Source: Dicyema japonicum (Eukaryota; Animalia; Dicyemida). Taken from it: 33,000 nt of DNA. Shown here in pieces: positions 1-11,419 of this stretch (positions are counted from its first letter, which is position 1; each line of letters starts with the position of its first letter). The translations under genes were made by a program, and so were the position numbers. The stretch is taken from the NCBI GenBank assembly GCA_011109175.1, contig RDEW01000008.1:1369447-1402446 (forward strand), written 5' to 3'. The notes under the pieces were generated by a model that saw nothing but the letters and a program-made list of their open reading frames with translations, was not told the origin of the DNA and ran no database searches.

Positions 1-83
1 CAAATCTCTCAACAACTATTGTATCTCCAAAAGTTACATATCTATTATAAATGTCTTTGCGCCATATTGTGGAAGAGTGCGAC

Positions 84-600
84 CTACTGAATCACAATCA
101 AGGCGATAAGTATATGCTTCACGCGAATGTTCTTCCATCCTCCACAGTTACACGCAATCGATCTCAGCTCGTCCAGATCGTCTCCCTTCTTATTTATTTC
201 CTCATTCTTTGGAAGTCTATGTGCAGTATGATAAGAAGTGTTATCCTTGGTCGGCCACAGAAGCATTTCCCCTCCAACATGAAGTGATCCTCCATCGATC
301 ACGTGACTTTAATAATTATCATTAATATGCCTTGAAAAATACAGATCTGAGATCAATGTACCAAAGACCAGAGTAAAACCAAATTAACTAATCACGATAA
401 CTTGACAAACGGCACCAACAACTTTATCTTGACTCATTGTCCTTCCTTCAAACCTACACAGCACATATAGGGGATAGAACACGATTCTCATAATTGCACG
501 AGTCTCCATCGCAATGGAAGTGAATTGGATTTTCCGATCTACTCTCTGATTTTCCGACCTCCACCTTATCTGCCACAAGGTTAATAGCATAAACTCTAAT
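84..600 (-). mobile_element. RTE-clade non-LTR retrotransposon, degenerate 3' (thumb/C-terminal) fragment
   Basis: Across frames: TRAIMRIVFYP (cf. LRxIxxIxYP), MEDHFMLEGKCFCGRPRITLLIILHIDF (cf. MxxYF..GRPRTTLPxxLxxDL) and DLDELRSIACNCGGW (cf. DLxxLRxxAxxRxxW), in the usual RTE C-terminal order. Confidence 0.65.
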
Positions 601-1099
601 TCATTCAAGTTATGTTAATCTATGAATTATCCGTTATTTGAATTGATAACAAGAAAAATTTCAAGCACATTTTCATTGAAACATTTTATGTCAAATCAAA
701 AATTATTAGTCAATAATTAACTTTAACCGCTTTTTTAAATAAAATATCACACTCTTTAGTAAAATCCAAGTGAGTTTGAGAATACTAGGATTGAAAATGA
801 ATTTGTCGAAATTTTACGCACTAAATGGTTGAAAGTCCTGATGTTATGATAATTAACAGAAAATCTGTCTTAATGGTAAAAATTCTCTTTAAATTGTATT
901 ACCGAGCATATTCCCGCATTATGTTATGTCCCGTTCTTATATTGAGAGTTTTTTAACATGGAAATCTTTGGGAGAGAAAAATACAGGAAGCCAATATTTG
1001 GTTTAAAGCGAATATATTTGAGTATAAACTTGGTTTATTCCCTTGTATCGGTTCTCCAGTTATTTTAATTGCTAGGTCTACAAAGTATGCTGAAAATTC

Positions 1100-1818
1100 A
1101 GTCAACTTGACTGCAAGCAATTTACGGACATAGAAGATCAGGTTGAATCTAATATCCACAATCGAGTTACTAATATGGATGAAGTTGTTTCTCAATCTCC
1201 AAAGGTGAAGTATGATGATCAATCAAAACCTGTTAAGAATACCACCCTAAAACTCAGAAAAATTAAAGCAGAGAGTGTCTCCCAATCCTCGGCTAAGAAA
1301 GTGAAAAATGAAGCATTCAATGATACCGTTACAAATGAAATAGCTGCGGATTCTCCATGTTTAAGAAAGTGATCCGACTTTCAATGAATTGGAGTCATCC
1401 TTCTGATTTCACGGAGAACTTGAATTCAAGTGGACTCTTGGAGGACGTTAAAGATCTCACCGTTAAGCGTAATACTGACCTAAAACTTTCTGAATGTGAT
1501 AATTCTGTCAATTTGAATAACCTAAGACTTCCATAAAGCGCAACAGATCTTCATTTCTACAATCCAGTGAAGAAGGCATTTCTGCTGTGCAACCAATCTG
1601 GATGATCTGTTGAATCAAATACACTCTTTCATTGCAGGACTTGTTCATTCAATTTTGCTTGCAAATGGATTATGATCAAGCATATTCGGACTAAACACGT
1701 GAGTGAGAAATTGACTCCATCTTCAGAGTCTTGGGTGACATTTTCATGTAGATTTTGCGATGCGACCTTTAAATATTCGACTGTTTGTGTAAACCCGTTA
1801 AAACTAGAAAATGAATGA
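1100..1818 (+). pseudogene. C2H2 zinc-finger protein gene, disrupted
   Basis: 1633-1698 encodes CRTCSFNFACKWIMIKHIRTKH (C-x2-C-x12-H-x4-H). A second finger, CRFCDATFKYSTVCVNPLKLEN, has lost both His; stop TGA at 1816-1818. The upstream low-complexity coding region (ORF 1175-1372) is broken by frameshifts and stops. Start uncertain. Confidence 0.65.
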
Positions 1819-2909
1819 TCCGATTTTTATTTGCATCAATGGAAGAGTTTATTAGAGGTTTCAGTTGCCTACCAGGACCGACTTCGTAAACATTTCGCTT
1901 GGATGGTGAATTAAACAAATATTTCATGGTTTGTTGCCATTTTACTGGCGACACAACCTGGCGGACTAACAAATCCTTGATCTCCTCGACGTTTTTGTAC
2001 GGTTTGGCTGATAGATTAGAAATTACGTTAATTTTGGGCTCATTAAATTTAACATTGCTAAATTTAGTCAAAAACAAACTTTAAGACATCTTTGAGTTCA
2101 TCGCATCATGAGTATGAAAGGCCCCACTGACCTGAAGCCTTTTAACTTTCCGAATTCCAAATTTGGAACTATTCGCTTCGATAAACTCCAAAGCCTACAA
2201 TTAGGGCAATAGTCACCTCGACAGAGCCACCAATTACTTGAAATGCGAAAGAAAGATAATTTGCAGGCTGGCAAACTGGATTAGCGATTCCCACAGAATG
2301 GCAGTGCTCAATAGTCGCCTTACAGCAGTCTTCGATGTTCGAGATTCCGTTGACCATTATAGAAATCATCCCTCCATTAGTCATCTCCGAAGCCTTCTGC
2401 ATAGAAGTAGCACGAACCTTTACTACTTTTATTGCTGTTTGTGTTACAAATAAGACAAACCATCCTCAAAAGACAGGCACTCTGAGAAAACGAGAGAACT
2501 ATATTCTCCCAAACTCAATCCTGCAGTATAATTGCAAGTTCTAAGAGCTTCTGGATCTTCATTCTCAAGTTTTCCGAGAGAGGCTAGAGATGTGACCATA
2601 ATAGCTGGTTGGGAGATTTCTGTTCTCATTAATTTATCAGATGGCCCTTCCAAACATAACTAAATGACATCTAAAATATACTTTCAGTAGATCATATCCT
2701 AAAATAACACTCGCTCTCTCAAAAAGATCAACAGATTCCGGAAAATGCTTCAACTTTGATGCCATACCGATAAATTGGGAGCCCTGTCCAGGAAAAAAAA
2801 GCACAGATGATTCCTTCGATATCTGAGTTTGCGAAAACACGGCTGCTTCACTTGAGCAGTTCCTCAAAACAGCTCTGACAGAAGCAAAAGGGAGCCTTAA
2901 CGTGAGCAT
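1769..2909 (-). pseudogene. MCAT: Mitochondrial malonyl-CoA:ACP transacylase, 5 exons, one apparent frameshift (pseudogene or consensus error)
   Basis: Motifs FFPGQGSQ, QPAI, GLSLGEY (GxSxG nucleophile), KVRATSMQKAS, animal-type EHCHSVGIANPVCQPANYL, VSGAFHT, VSPVKWQQTM, EVGPGRQL. Likely ATG at 2909 with a presequence-like N-terminus. GT-AG introns at 2660-2681 (22 nt), 2435-2460 (26), 2195-2216 (22) and 2058-2079 (22). Frame break at 2103-2110. Confidence 0.93.
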
Positions 2910-3289
2910 AAGAACCGGTAACGGAGGAAGCGTCCAAAATTCTATAAATAATCGACATGGCGTGATCACGCCACTATAAATGATCTGATTTTTACTTATA
3001 ATAATAATTAATAGATACCTGTAAACGCTCTAAGGGCATGTCGTGAGTTTAAAAAAAAAATTTTTGATTTTTACCCACGTGGGATGTCTCCCATTGTCCC
3101 CCATCTTCCCAGGATCTTGTATTAGTGACTTTAAATGATTAAAGTGGAATTTTTTAAATTAGCATCGAGGTCACGTCACTTGATATGATGATATTGATCG
3201 ATCTTTTCAGCAACTCATATTCTTCATATCTGGTTTACTCACTTTTTCTTTAATGTTTTTATTCGTTCAAAACATTTTTAATTATTTTT

Positions 3290-4213
3290 TTATTTTATTT
3301 TTTTAATAAAATAATTTTTAACAAAGAAACAAATGTAAGTTGAGGAAACCTCTGAGTGGATTGCGAACTAGTTCACTCGGATAAGGCCATTCCAATCTAT
3401 TGTCTCAGCCATTACCCTTTTTTTGATCCCTTTTCTTTCTGGCAAGTGTTTCTCCGAGTTCTCGCAAGAACTCAGCCGTCATTGGACCAACGGCTCCCGA
3501 TTATTCGGTCGCAACAGGAGTAAATCGGTAGCGGTCCCCGAGGCAAGAATATTTCTTGATTTTTGGTTCTCCGCAGTCGAAGCAGCTGCTCCAGGTGTCT
3601 GAACCGATTTGAAAATATTCGTGCTTGAGAACGTGTCTACATAAGTGCGTCCCGACCAAAGATCTTCCAGACGTGAAGGGGAAAAGCGTCATCCCGTCAG
3701 GTCTTTTTCCATCTCCTCGATCGAGACCCACTGGTTCAAGCTGTGTTGGGTAGCCTGTAGCCTTCAAAGCTCTGACGATCACATCGTTCAGAGGAGCATG
3801 ACGTGGTCCTCTTCCGGCGCTTCTTTTGCAGGACAGCGGGTGCAATCCCTTCGCATTGACTGTTTTCCCGTATCGGCATTAATGCTCCTGGCAAACGTCT
3901 AGTCCCAGCCATTGTCCGATTCCAATCTTCAAAGAATCGTCGTCCAAAAAGGTCCCGAGGTTTGGGGAAGGTATTGCACCAAGCCATGCTCCACTCCCTC
4001 CACTTGAAGCTGACACCAAACAAGCCAGACGATGTTGATTTGCTTCTTTTTTAAGGTCTTACAAATTTTTGGAGCATACAATGTTATCCCAATTACTTTG
4101 CTTTGTTGTGTCTTTGGGATTTTGAGTCCGGACCCGTTCCATTTCCGACAAGCTTCGTCAAATGACTCATTCCAGCGAAGTCCAATAGTGTTATGAAGGA
4201 CTTGCCGTGTCAA
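3290..4213 (-). mobile_element. CRE-clade non-LTR retrotransposon, 3' part (CCHC + restriction-like endonuclease), frameshifted
   Basis: HPLSCKRSAGRGPRHAPLNDVIVRAL...EPVGLDRGDGKRPDGMTLFPFTSGRSLV...RFTPVATE..GAVGPMTAEFL...WLRQ; followed by an A/T-rich tail at about 3280-3335. Confidence 0.88.
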
Positions 4214-4571
4214 ATGGCTAATTTTTATTTAAAAAATTATTAACGAAAGGTTAAATCACAGAAAATTAATTATATCCTTTTTTCTCAACCACCCTAGGTT
4301 AAATCAGTACCCCATTTTTAAGAAAATGACATCAGCACTTAGCAAAATCATACTATTACTAAGTTAAGCAAAGTCTATGGTTACTATAGTAACCCATCAA
4401 GAGACAGGGAGCATTACGACAAACGATTGTGATCGCAAGGCGTTTACGGAACCATGAATCGTTGTTCCTTAGCAACTTGTCCACATTTTTCAATTTTTGT
4501 TAGGAAAGTTGACCAAATGGGAAGCACAATGTATCAGACTATAACTTTATATGTCTTTAAGACATGAATAC

Positions 4572-4740
4572 TTAGGGTTCCGCTTGTGTCGTGCTCTTCA
4601 CTATCCGTTTTACAAATTTTCTCCGTGTTACTTTCGCTCTCGCATGTCTCCGTAGTTCATTGAGAATCCATGCATAAAGTCCCCGTTTAGTGTTCGAGGC
4701 TTGTCCTCTGACGTTGAGAGTTGCAATAGTGAACGGGGGA
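4572..4740 (-). mobile_element. Non-LTR retrotransposon APE endonuclease N-terminal remnant
   Basis: FTIATLNVRGQ matches the first APE motif (IxTxNVRG); similarity decays quickly afterwards. Confidence 0.5.
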
Positions 4741-5000
4741 GAATAGACAGACAAAGAGTACAATGAAGACAAGAGAGGTGTCAACTACTCAACCAGCAGA
4801 TATTGAATTTATTTATTTAATAACCTCAAGTCCGTTCTGAGGATATGTTCAAACAGCCCCATCTCTCCCTTTTATTGTATCTTCTAGGAGACAATATTTC
4901 ATACCGAATATAGATCATTGTTGCTGATCTCTCATAAAAGGACCTTAACACCGAATGTAGATGTTTTCTATGATATGTTCAAACTTGTAGCACTGTATCA

Positions 5001-5513
5001 TACTCCGCAATGCTGCTAATCTTAGTTAGTTAAGTAACCTCAGCCTCACTAACTTGTAGGAGGCCAGCAGCTATTAAGTAGGACGTAGCAGATGTTGGTC
5101 GCTCCCATAGATCGGACAGTTTGTGGAGAAACGTTGTCCCAAATCATGACATTAAAATAGGTAATTTGTTTTCAGCACGTGGAGGTTGCAAAAGGGGCAG
5201 AGAATATCATATGTTGATAGATATTGGTGGTGCCCATATCGTAGACGAGCCAGGTTTACTAACACGTCCTTTGAAAGAGAAGATTCTGATTGGTCTATTG
5301 GAGGAAAGGGTCACTGTAATATTTTATTGTCTCCGAGTCTTCGGATGCTTCTAGTAGAAACAAAATCGTGCATCTGTTTCAGACGACTCCTGTCATTGGG
5401 ATGGAATGAATGGATGATAACATTCGAGACATGTCACTGGTTGTCATAATAATTTTCCTTTTGTTTAGCGACTTGCATAGGGAGTGGCAGGGATGTTCTA
5501 GACCAGTGATTGT
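5001..5513 (-). mobile_element. 5'-truncated LINE (Ingi/Vingi/I-like C-terminus) flanked by a 23-bp direct repeat
   Basis: NLARLRYGHH..ILCPFC and DLWERPTSATSYLIAAGLL match the copy at 11420-12100 (GLARLRCGHH, DLWERPVRTACSLMVAGF). Flanks are ttcaaacttgtagcactgtatca (4978-5000) and ttcaaacttgtaacactgcatca (5514-5536). Confidence 0.72.
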
Positions 5514-5837
5514 TTCAAACTTGTAACACTGCATCAGAAATAACTTAAATATTATAACATTACAATTATTTTATTATTATTTTTTTTAAGTAAATAAATT
5601 TTATAAAAAATAAACAACTGAATAGGTGATTTTAATTGTCCAAATCACCGGTGAAGATTACATATGAAAACTCGTCCTCCTAAGAATAAAGCGATGTCCG
5701 CGACGGTAGGGCGTTTGATGAAAATGGAAGAAGGCGAACCTACTTCTCCACTTTCTCTGAAGCGGAAGTCTATAATGTACTATTGGAGGATGGATTTGGT
5801 CGGGACAAGCAGATGTTCTCTTTTAAGTTCCTTCCTT

Positions 5838-6066
5838 TATTAATTAGTTGTGACTTTTTGTGCTGGGCTTACCATAGATTGTAAGCCTGGGGTTAATAAA
5901 AGGCTAGGACATGTTCTCACTTTTTTTGGTTGTGTGTGAGTTCCTGTAGATAATCCTGTTCCGCAGTGAGGTATCACTGATGACGATGTCACTTTTCAAG
6001 ACAAGATGCATCGTAAATGCGTGGAGCCTTCAGCCAGAATGGACATCATCAAAATTCGAACCGATA
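5838..6066 (-). mobile_element. tRNA-derived SINE, copy B (5'-truncated at the B box)
   Basis: Reverse complement aligns with 17778-17940: ggttcgaat...gaaggctccacgcatttacgatgca...gtgacatcgtcatcagtgatacctcactgcggaacaggatt...cacacaa + A-run. Confidence 0.75.
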
Positions 6067-6659
6067 TCTGTCAAACAGATATTTGTTTCGAACTCTAATT
6101 TTATTTACAAAATTTCATTTTTTGAAATTAAATTTTGAACCTCTTTTAAATGGGAACTTTTCTAAAATCCACTTTTGCTATCAAGCTAGTTTTTTGACTT
6201 CCTCTGAACTTGAACATCTCATCACACTGAACAGCTATCGTCATCACAAAAGATTTGTGACGCAACACGTGTAACCAAATATATCCATTGATTTATCGTT
6301 GGGTTCTCCTTCCCTAATATTCTAGAACTGCTAAATAAACAGTATGATCTGTCCATAGAACAGAGTCCAATCATCAGTGACATTGTCCTATCTCATTTGA
6401 CACAGTAAGACGGAGCTTTGAACGCAGGATAGGACCATTTTAAGGGCGACTAAGTCAATCCTTTCAATGGATAATTTCATCTCTCCCGATAAAGCAGTGA
6501 CCTATTTTATCTTAGCAATCTTGTCAGTCGAAAAAAAGATTCATTTAAAAAGCATTGATCAACTACAACCCACTTTAACAGTGAAATTCTAAATCAAATT
6601 TTTTGGAAAAGTAACCTATTTTATCAATTGAGACATACGACAATTATTACTTATTTATT

Positions 6660-7475
6660 GTTTAAATATAATTTTTATTTATCAAAAAAATTTATTAACA
6701 AAAAATTTAAATAATTAATCATTTGCAGATAGGATTGCGTATATGTTTTCACACAATACGTCAATCGCGACTCGTTTCCTTAGCCAGAACGATTCGAGTG
6801 ATTTTTTCTGCTCTGTCCGTCCTATTTATTTCAGAAAAGCCTCTGTGAGAAATCCTACGGCTCTCGATACTATTAAATTAAAATTTTAAATCAAATTACT
6901 CACTACTTGCTGTTCACTACTTTATTGTATTTTGAACCATTTGAAAGCTGAGGGCGCAGAAGCCCAATTTTTTCACAAAAGTTGCTGGTATTGACTGGAA
7001 ATATTTTTTTCAACCATTGCTGACTGCTAATTTTTCCCGTAGTTCTCCGAAAGGTTTTTAATATTTTATACAATTAATTTTAGCCGAAACCGACTCTTTG
7101 CAAAAAGTAGGAGTTGTTCCAGAGCTGCTGAAGAGACTGACTGGGCAATCCCAATCGAAACTGCACAATCAGCAGCTTTGGACAATCGGACACAACTCAG
7201 GTGGAAAAATAAAGATCAGAAGTGACAGTGGACTCTGAGTTTTCGGGGATTTGTAATCTCACAAAGATCGCAACAGAGAATAGATTTCAGAGAAGCAGCA
7301 ACTGAAAATATTTCATTCCCATCATCTGTAGGATCTTTACAACATTCACCGCTTCTGATTTTGAAACGTGTAATTTAAGTGAACATGGTCATGGTGCAGC
7401 AGTAATAATAATCTGAGCTGAAAGTTTCAGATTTGAATTGAAGTTAAGCGATCCAAGGTCAAATGAAGATGCCAT
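6660..7475 (-). mobile_element. Internally deleted CRE-clade element: N-terminal PHD finger joined to the 3' end
   Basis: ATG near 7475. PHD-like CDLC..RVHCHF*SLFFHLSCVRLSKAA..DWDCP at 7141-7272, then ALEQLLLFAK. The CRE terminal peptide AVGFLTEAFLK*IG..ESFWLRKRVAIDVLCENIYAILSA lies at 6720-6870, followed by an AT-rich tail. Confidence 0.65.
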
Positions 7476-7743
7476 AAAATGTTTTACAAAGACGTTTTGT
7501 CACAAAAATAAATTTATAGTTGTATGATTATATTTATTTATCCCCAGTCGTTTCAAGTGAAGGAAGCAGATGGCTAACAGTAGAGTAGCCACCAAACGTG
7601 TCAGGTATATCTGCTGTGGCACATAAATCTAATATGGACTAGGAAGGCAAAAAGCACGAATATATATAGTTTTTAACATCAACCTCACTGATACCATAAA
7701 TAATAAAACCGAATAATATAAATCATGAATAAACAATAAATAC

Positions 7744-7970
7744 ATGGCAATCAAAATGTCTGGTGCTGCATAAAGAATCACAGCCTCGTTCCTGGGGAAA
7801 TTGTCCTATCGTAAGAAGGAAGTGTGGGAAGGGGTCTGGTTGAGGCAACGAATGAGGATTGCAGTTGTCCGCGGAAACGCTTACTCCGTAATGTCAACAG
7901 CCGCACTTTCTTAATACTACCCTAACAACATTTTTCTCGTTTTGTTTTTAAAATAAAAAAAATAAATACA
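7744..7970 (+). mobile_element. CRE-clade 3'-terminal fragment
   Basis: MAIKMSGAA*RITASFLG..EGVWLRQRMRIAVVRGNAYSVMST, stop at 7912-7914, then an A-rich tail. Matches the CRE terminal LxQRxxIAxxRGNA motif. Confidence 0.75.
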
Positions 7971-7984
7971 TAGTAAATGTTCTA

Positions 7985-10830
7985 AAAACTATTTTTTGAT
8001 TTCTTCAGAGATTTGATATTGACTGGGTCAGGCCTTCACTAGTCACTCGGCGTTTACTTGCCAAAAAGTTGTAGGTACTAAATAAAGTAAAATATTTTTG
8101 TAATTGAAAATCATCCGAGAAAACTTGGCTGAGGCGTCATTCCAGGTTCCGCCATCTCCTTTAACAGCACCTTCTCAAGTTCATCAGAACTCATTTGCTT
8201 TTTTGTCCTTTCTTCCACAAGGTCATATTCCTCTTCTTACAATAAAGTATACTAAATACAAGTTCAGTCTCAATGGAATCGAAATAGGAACTGAAGATCA
8301 ACAATTTCAGCCTCTTCGCTGAACTTTTCAAATATCTATCTTTTTCAAATTTTTGACAAACCGAGGATTTTATGTTCAGGATATCAAGGCGCTTTTTAGC
8401 TCAACTGTGATGTTGGAGACCAAGGCTAACCATAACTTGTATGAATCAAAGTTAAACAAAACATGCTCAGACTTAGTTATCTTAGATTTATGCTTCCGAT
8501 CGTCCAAACACATCATAGCACATGCAGAATCAAATCCTTGATAAGACTAAATCCACCCATGCTCCGACTGTATGACTCGAATCGTCCAAATCAAATTCAT
8601 TAAAACTCTATCCAAGACATCCATCGCAAGGATCCATCAACAAATAGCCACAAATTCAACAAGAATTATCGAATGTCGACATCATTTAAAATGGAAGCAG
8701 CAAGCAGTTTTCCAATTTTTTAAAGTCGAATCTCAACAATGTAAAAAACAGCTGCGAAATTCTAAAATTATACATTTCAAACTAAAATAAAAGACGTCGA
8801 TTTTCTTTCTAATTTAATCCTCAATTAAATGCATAAGGATGCAGCTGTACTCTCCTGTTAAGTTGCTATTTGAATGGCGAATCAAAAAATACCTGAGTCT
8901 GTCGAATATAAACTGACGGAAGTCACATTTCTCCAAAATCTGTAGGAAGAATAGACCATAGGAAACCCCCATATACTCCACAGCCTCGACCGTTCGTTCA
9001 GTGATCATCATAATAAGTGAAGGAATCCAACCTAAATAGATCATTAATAGTACCTCAACTTTCTTTTCCTCATTTACATCCTCAGAGTCGTCGACCTCTT
9101 TCAAAAAAAGAGAATCCACCATAATACTTCATCAGTATTGAAATAGCTTCGACGCCCTTGCCTCATCTTGGATAAACATAATCTGTAGCAATTCTGACAA
9201 TTCTCTGAGAGTAGTAAACGTTTAATCTAGAAATTTTGTGAAATTGTCCACGGAACAAGGTCGCCGAATAGATCTCTTCCTCTCGGCAGATGATGCTGAG
9301 TAGAGACACGTGATATTCCTCCTTCCAACGCAACTTGTATTGCACACAGCGCAATCGGTTTCTGAGAGTTCACATCTTCCGCCAGAATGAAAACGTGATG
9401 AGCGGGGCATCAGTTAACATTTGGAGATCATTGGGAGAATTCTCAGTTAAACAATTAAGGTACTTTATAGTGAGAAACTATTTAGACATGTTTTGCGATA
9501 GGAGAACAAAAAGTTCCAAGACGTATATAAAACACAATTCTGGTTGGGTACCCTGAGGTTTACAGTCCTTGGAAGAGTTCGGACACAGCAGATCGCCGAG
9601 CCATGCCTCAATCGGATCGTTCATAGAGTTCTGATTTATTCTGTGATGTGGATCTCTGAACCCTCTTGCTATAGTAAACAATGTAAATAACCAGATTTAC
9701 TCGTGAATTTACGGAGTTTGTTTATTAATTTGAGAAACAGAGATCTCCCAGGGACTTCATATATAGGAATAAACCACAGTAACTTACCCACTTACAATCG
9801 AAGACATGAAAACCAAATACGGACCAATCAGGGATTCCAATTGGAAGAAATGACCGCCGACTCAGTGCACGGGAAATCAACCTGTCCCAGCTTTTCAGTG
9901 GGATTTATCTACTAAAATATACAAAGACATCTACCCCCAACAACACGGCCACTATGGCCAATCCAATGGCGCTGATTTTCCACTTCCAGGTGGTGCTGTC
10001 ATGAACCGTCGAGTTGAAAGGTATGATCTGTTACAACGTCGATTAAATTTAGCAATTTTTTGACTTAAAATAGATTTTTGCAGGAAACCTGATCAACCGT
10101 CTTACAAAGCTTCACTAAGAGACTGAAAGGTTGAATATCCTTAAAGGATTCGACTATCTGAACTAACTCAGATCCTGTATTTTCTACTAAATATGACATC
10201 TTCAATTGTACTCTTTGGAGATATCAACTGGTTTCATCTTGTCCACATGAAAAGTAATTGAGATCACATTAAGAGATCCGGCGACAAACACGGCTTGTAG
10301 CAACCTATAGAAAGTATGAAGCGTTCGTTAAAACGTGCGGCCACATCTATGTCGGCGTCAATCCTATAGCAACTGTGGACGTCATGAAATAAGCGAAAAG
10401 CCTACCATTGCCATTGTACACAACTGCTTTATTGAGGTCACTGAATTTAAGAGAAATACGATCACCACCACCCTCGAATGTTTCCACGGCACGAGCCAGC
10501 AATTAGTAGTGAGGGCTTCAAAGTCATAAAAAACATAAAACTGGAGAATACAAACTGAAACGTTTTGTGATAATCTTCATAAGAAAAAAAATATAGGAGT
10601 GGATGTCAGAAAAACTTGAAAGAATCATTAAGTAATTTCCTTGGTCATTTTTTTCTGTCGTTTTTGTCATTATGTTGTAATTTCTGCATGAATATGCTGT
10701 ACGCTGAATCTACAATGAGATAAAATTTCTCTTCCTGCTCTCGAGAATTACCCCCACTACAACAAAAAGGGATCCAGAATTTACACAGTGAAATACGAAC
10801 CCAGAACTATCAGATTTTCTTGTTACTTAT
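7985..10830 (-). pseudogene. NAT10: RNA cytidine acetyltransferase NAT10/Kre33, unprocessed pseudogene
   Basis: Ordered motifs: SLFVVVG; DFEALTTN.LARAVETFEGGG; KQLCTMAM|DVHSCYR..RFNERFILS; TAPPGSGKSA (Walker A); LIGPYLVFMSSIVSG|YEVPGRSLFLKLI; PIEAWLGDLLC; SHYK|NSPNDLQMLTDAP; IQVALEG; GDLVPWTIS; RIVRIA; EYMGVSYGL; NLTGEYSCI; LGLQH. Micro-introns include 9442-9463, 9032-9053, 9763-9787 and 10384-10405. There are many frameshifts, stops and multi-codon deletions. Confidence 0.93.
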
Positions 10831-11055
10831 AACACTGCGTCATCAGCCTAAGGACCATGGAATATAAGTGATAGAAAATCCTGGTTAAGAACCCATCCTT
10901 TAATTAGAATTAATAGTTCAACTTCGGATTAAAATAGTAATTTCTGTCTGCCTCGATGCTAAGGCTTTGGAAGAAGTCTCTTTAGATCGCCTACGAACAT
11001 ATAAAAGTTTGAAAAGGATATATCAGTTATCTTCTGTATAATAAATAATAAGTTT

Positions 11056-11068
11056 TGTGTGTGTGTGT
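11056..11068. repeat. (TG)n microsatellite
   Basis: tgtgtgtgtgtgtg run seen directly. Confidence 0.8.
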
Positions 11069-11419
11069 GGGTTTGTTTCAAGAATTCCAAAATTTGCCTC
11101 GACATAAAAAGTATGTAAACGCGGAGGAAAATAAAAAAAATAGAAACCTAGAAATAAAATAAGTTATCAGTTACAAATCACAGCGGAAAATGATGTCTTG
11201 GACCTCTTCTTTTAATTATATAACTTATCTGCTTACAATACATGTGTGTCTTCCCGTGTTGAAGCCATTATTGGAAACATTACTACACTTTAACAAAAAG
11301 TGACTTTACATTATTATTGAAGTAAAAGAGAAAAGTTAACATAAATTGTAGTAATTACCAGAATGAAATTTATTGAACCAATCAGTCAGTTCGCAGGAAC
11401 GCAGAATGAATGCCCAAAT

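Noticed and set aside
84-302. CNCGGWKN as a PCAF/GCN5 N-terminal motif, or a GTPase domain
   Set aside because: Surrounding frames fit the RTE C-terminus better, and no supporting motifs are present.
1090-1610. Stop-codon reassignment suggested by in-frame TGA/TAA
   Set aside because: Stops co-occur with frameshifts, involve all three stop codons across the window, and are absent from the intact MCAT exons; decay or error is simpler.
3074-3083. Palindrome cccacgtggg, also at about 17237-17246
   Set aside because: A 10-bp match with no flanking homology; cannot be distinguished from chance or an isolated E-box.
5960-6010. Hammerhead ribozyme from CTGATGA in the SINE antisense strand
   Set aside because: No stem II followed by GAAA in either copy.
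9716-9740. Plus-strand 25-nt GT-AG intron and ORF 9703-9915
   Set aside because: The opposite strand encodes NAT10 GRSLFLKLINKLR; the match is coincidental.
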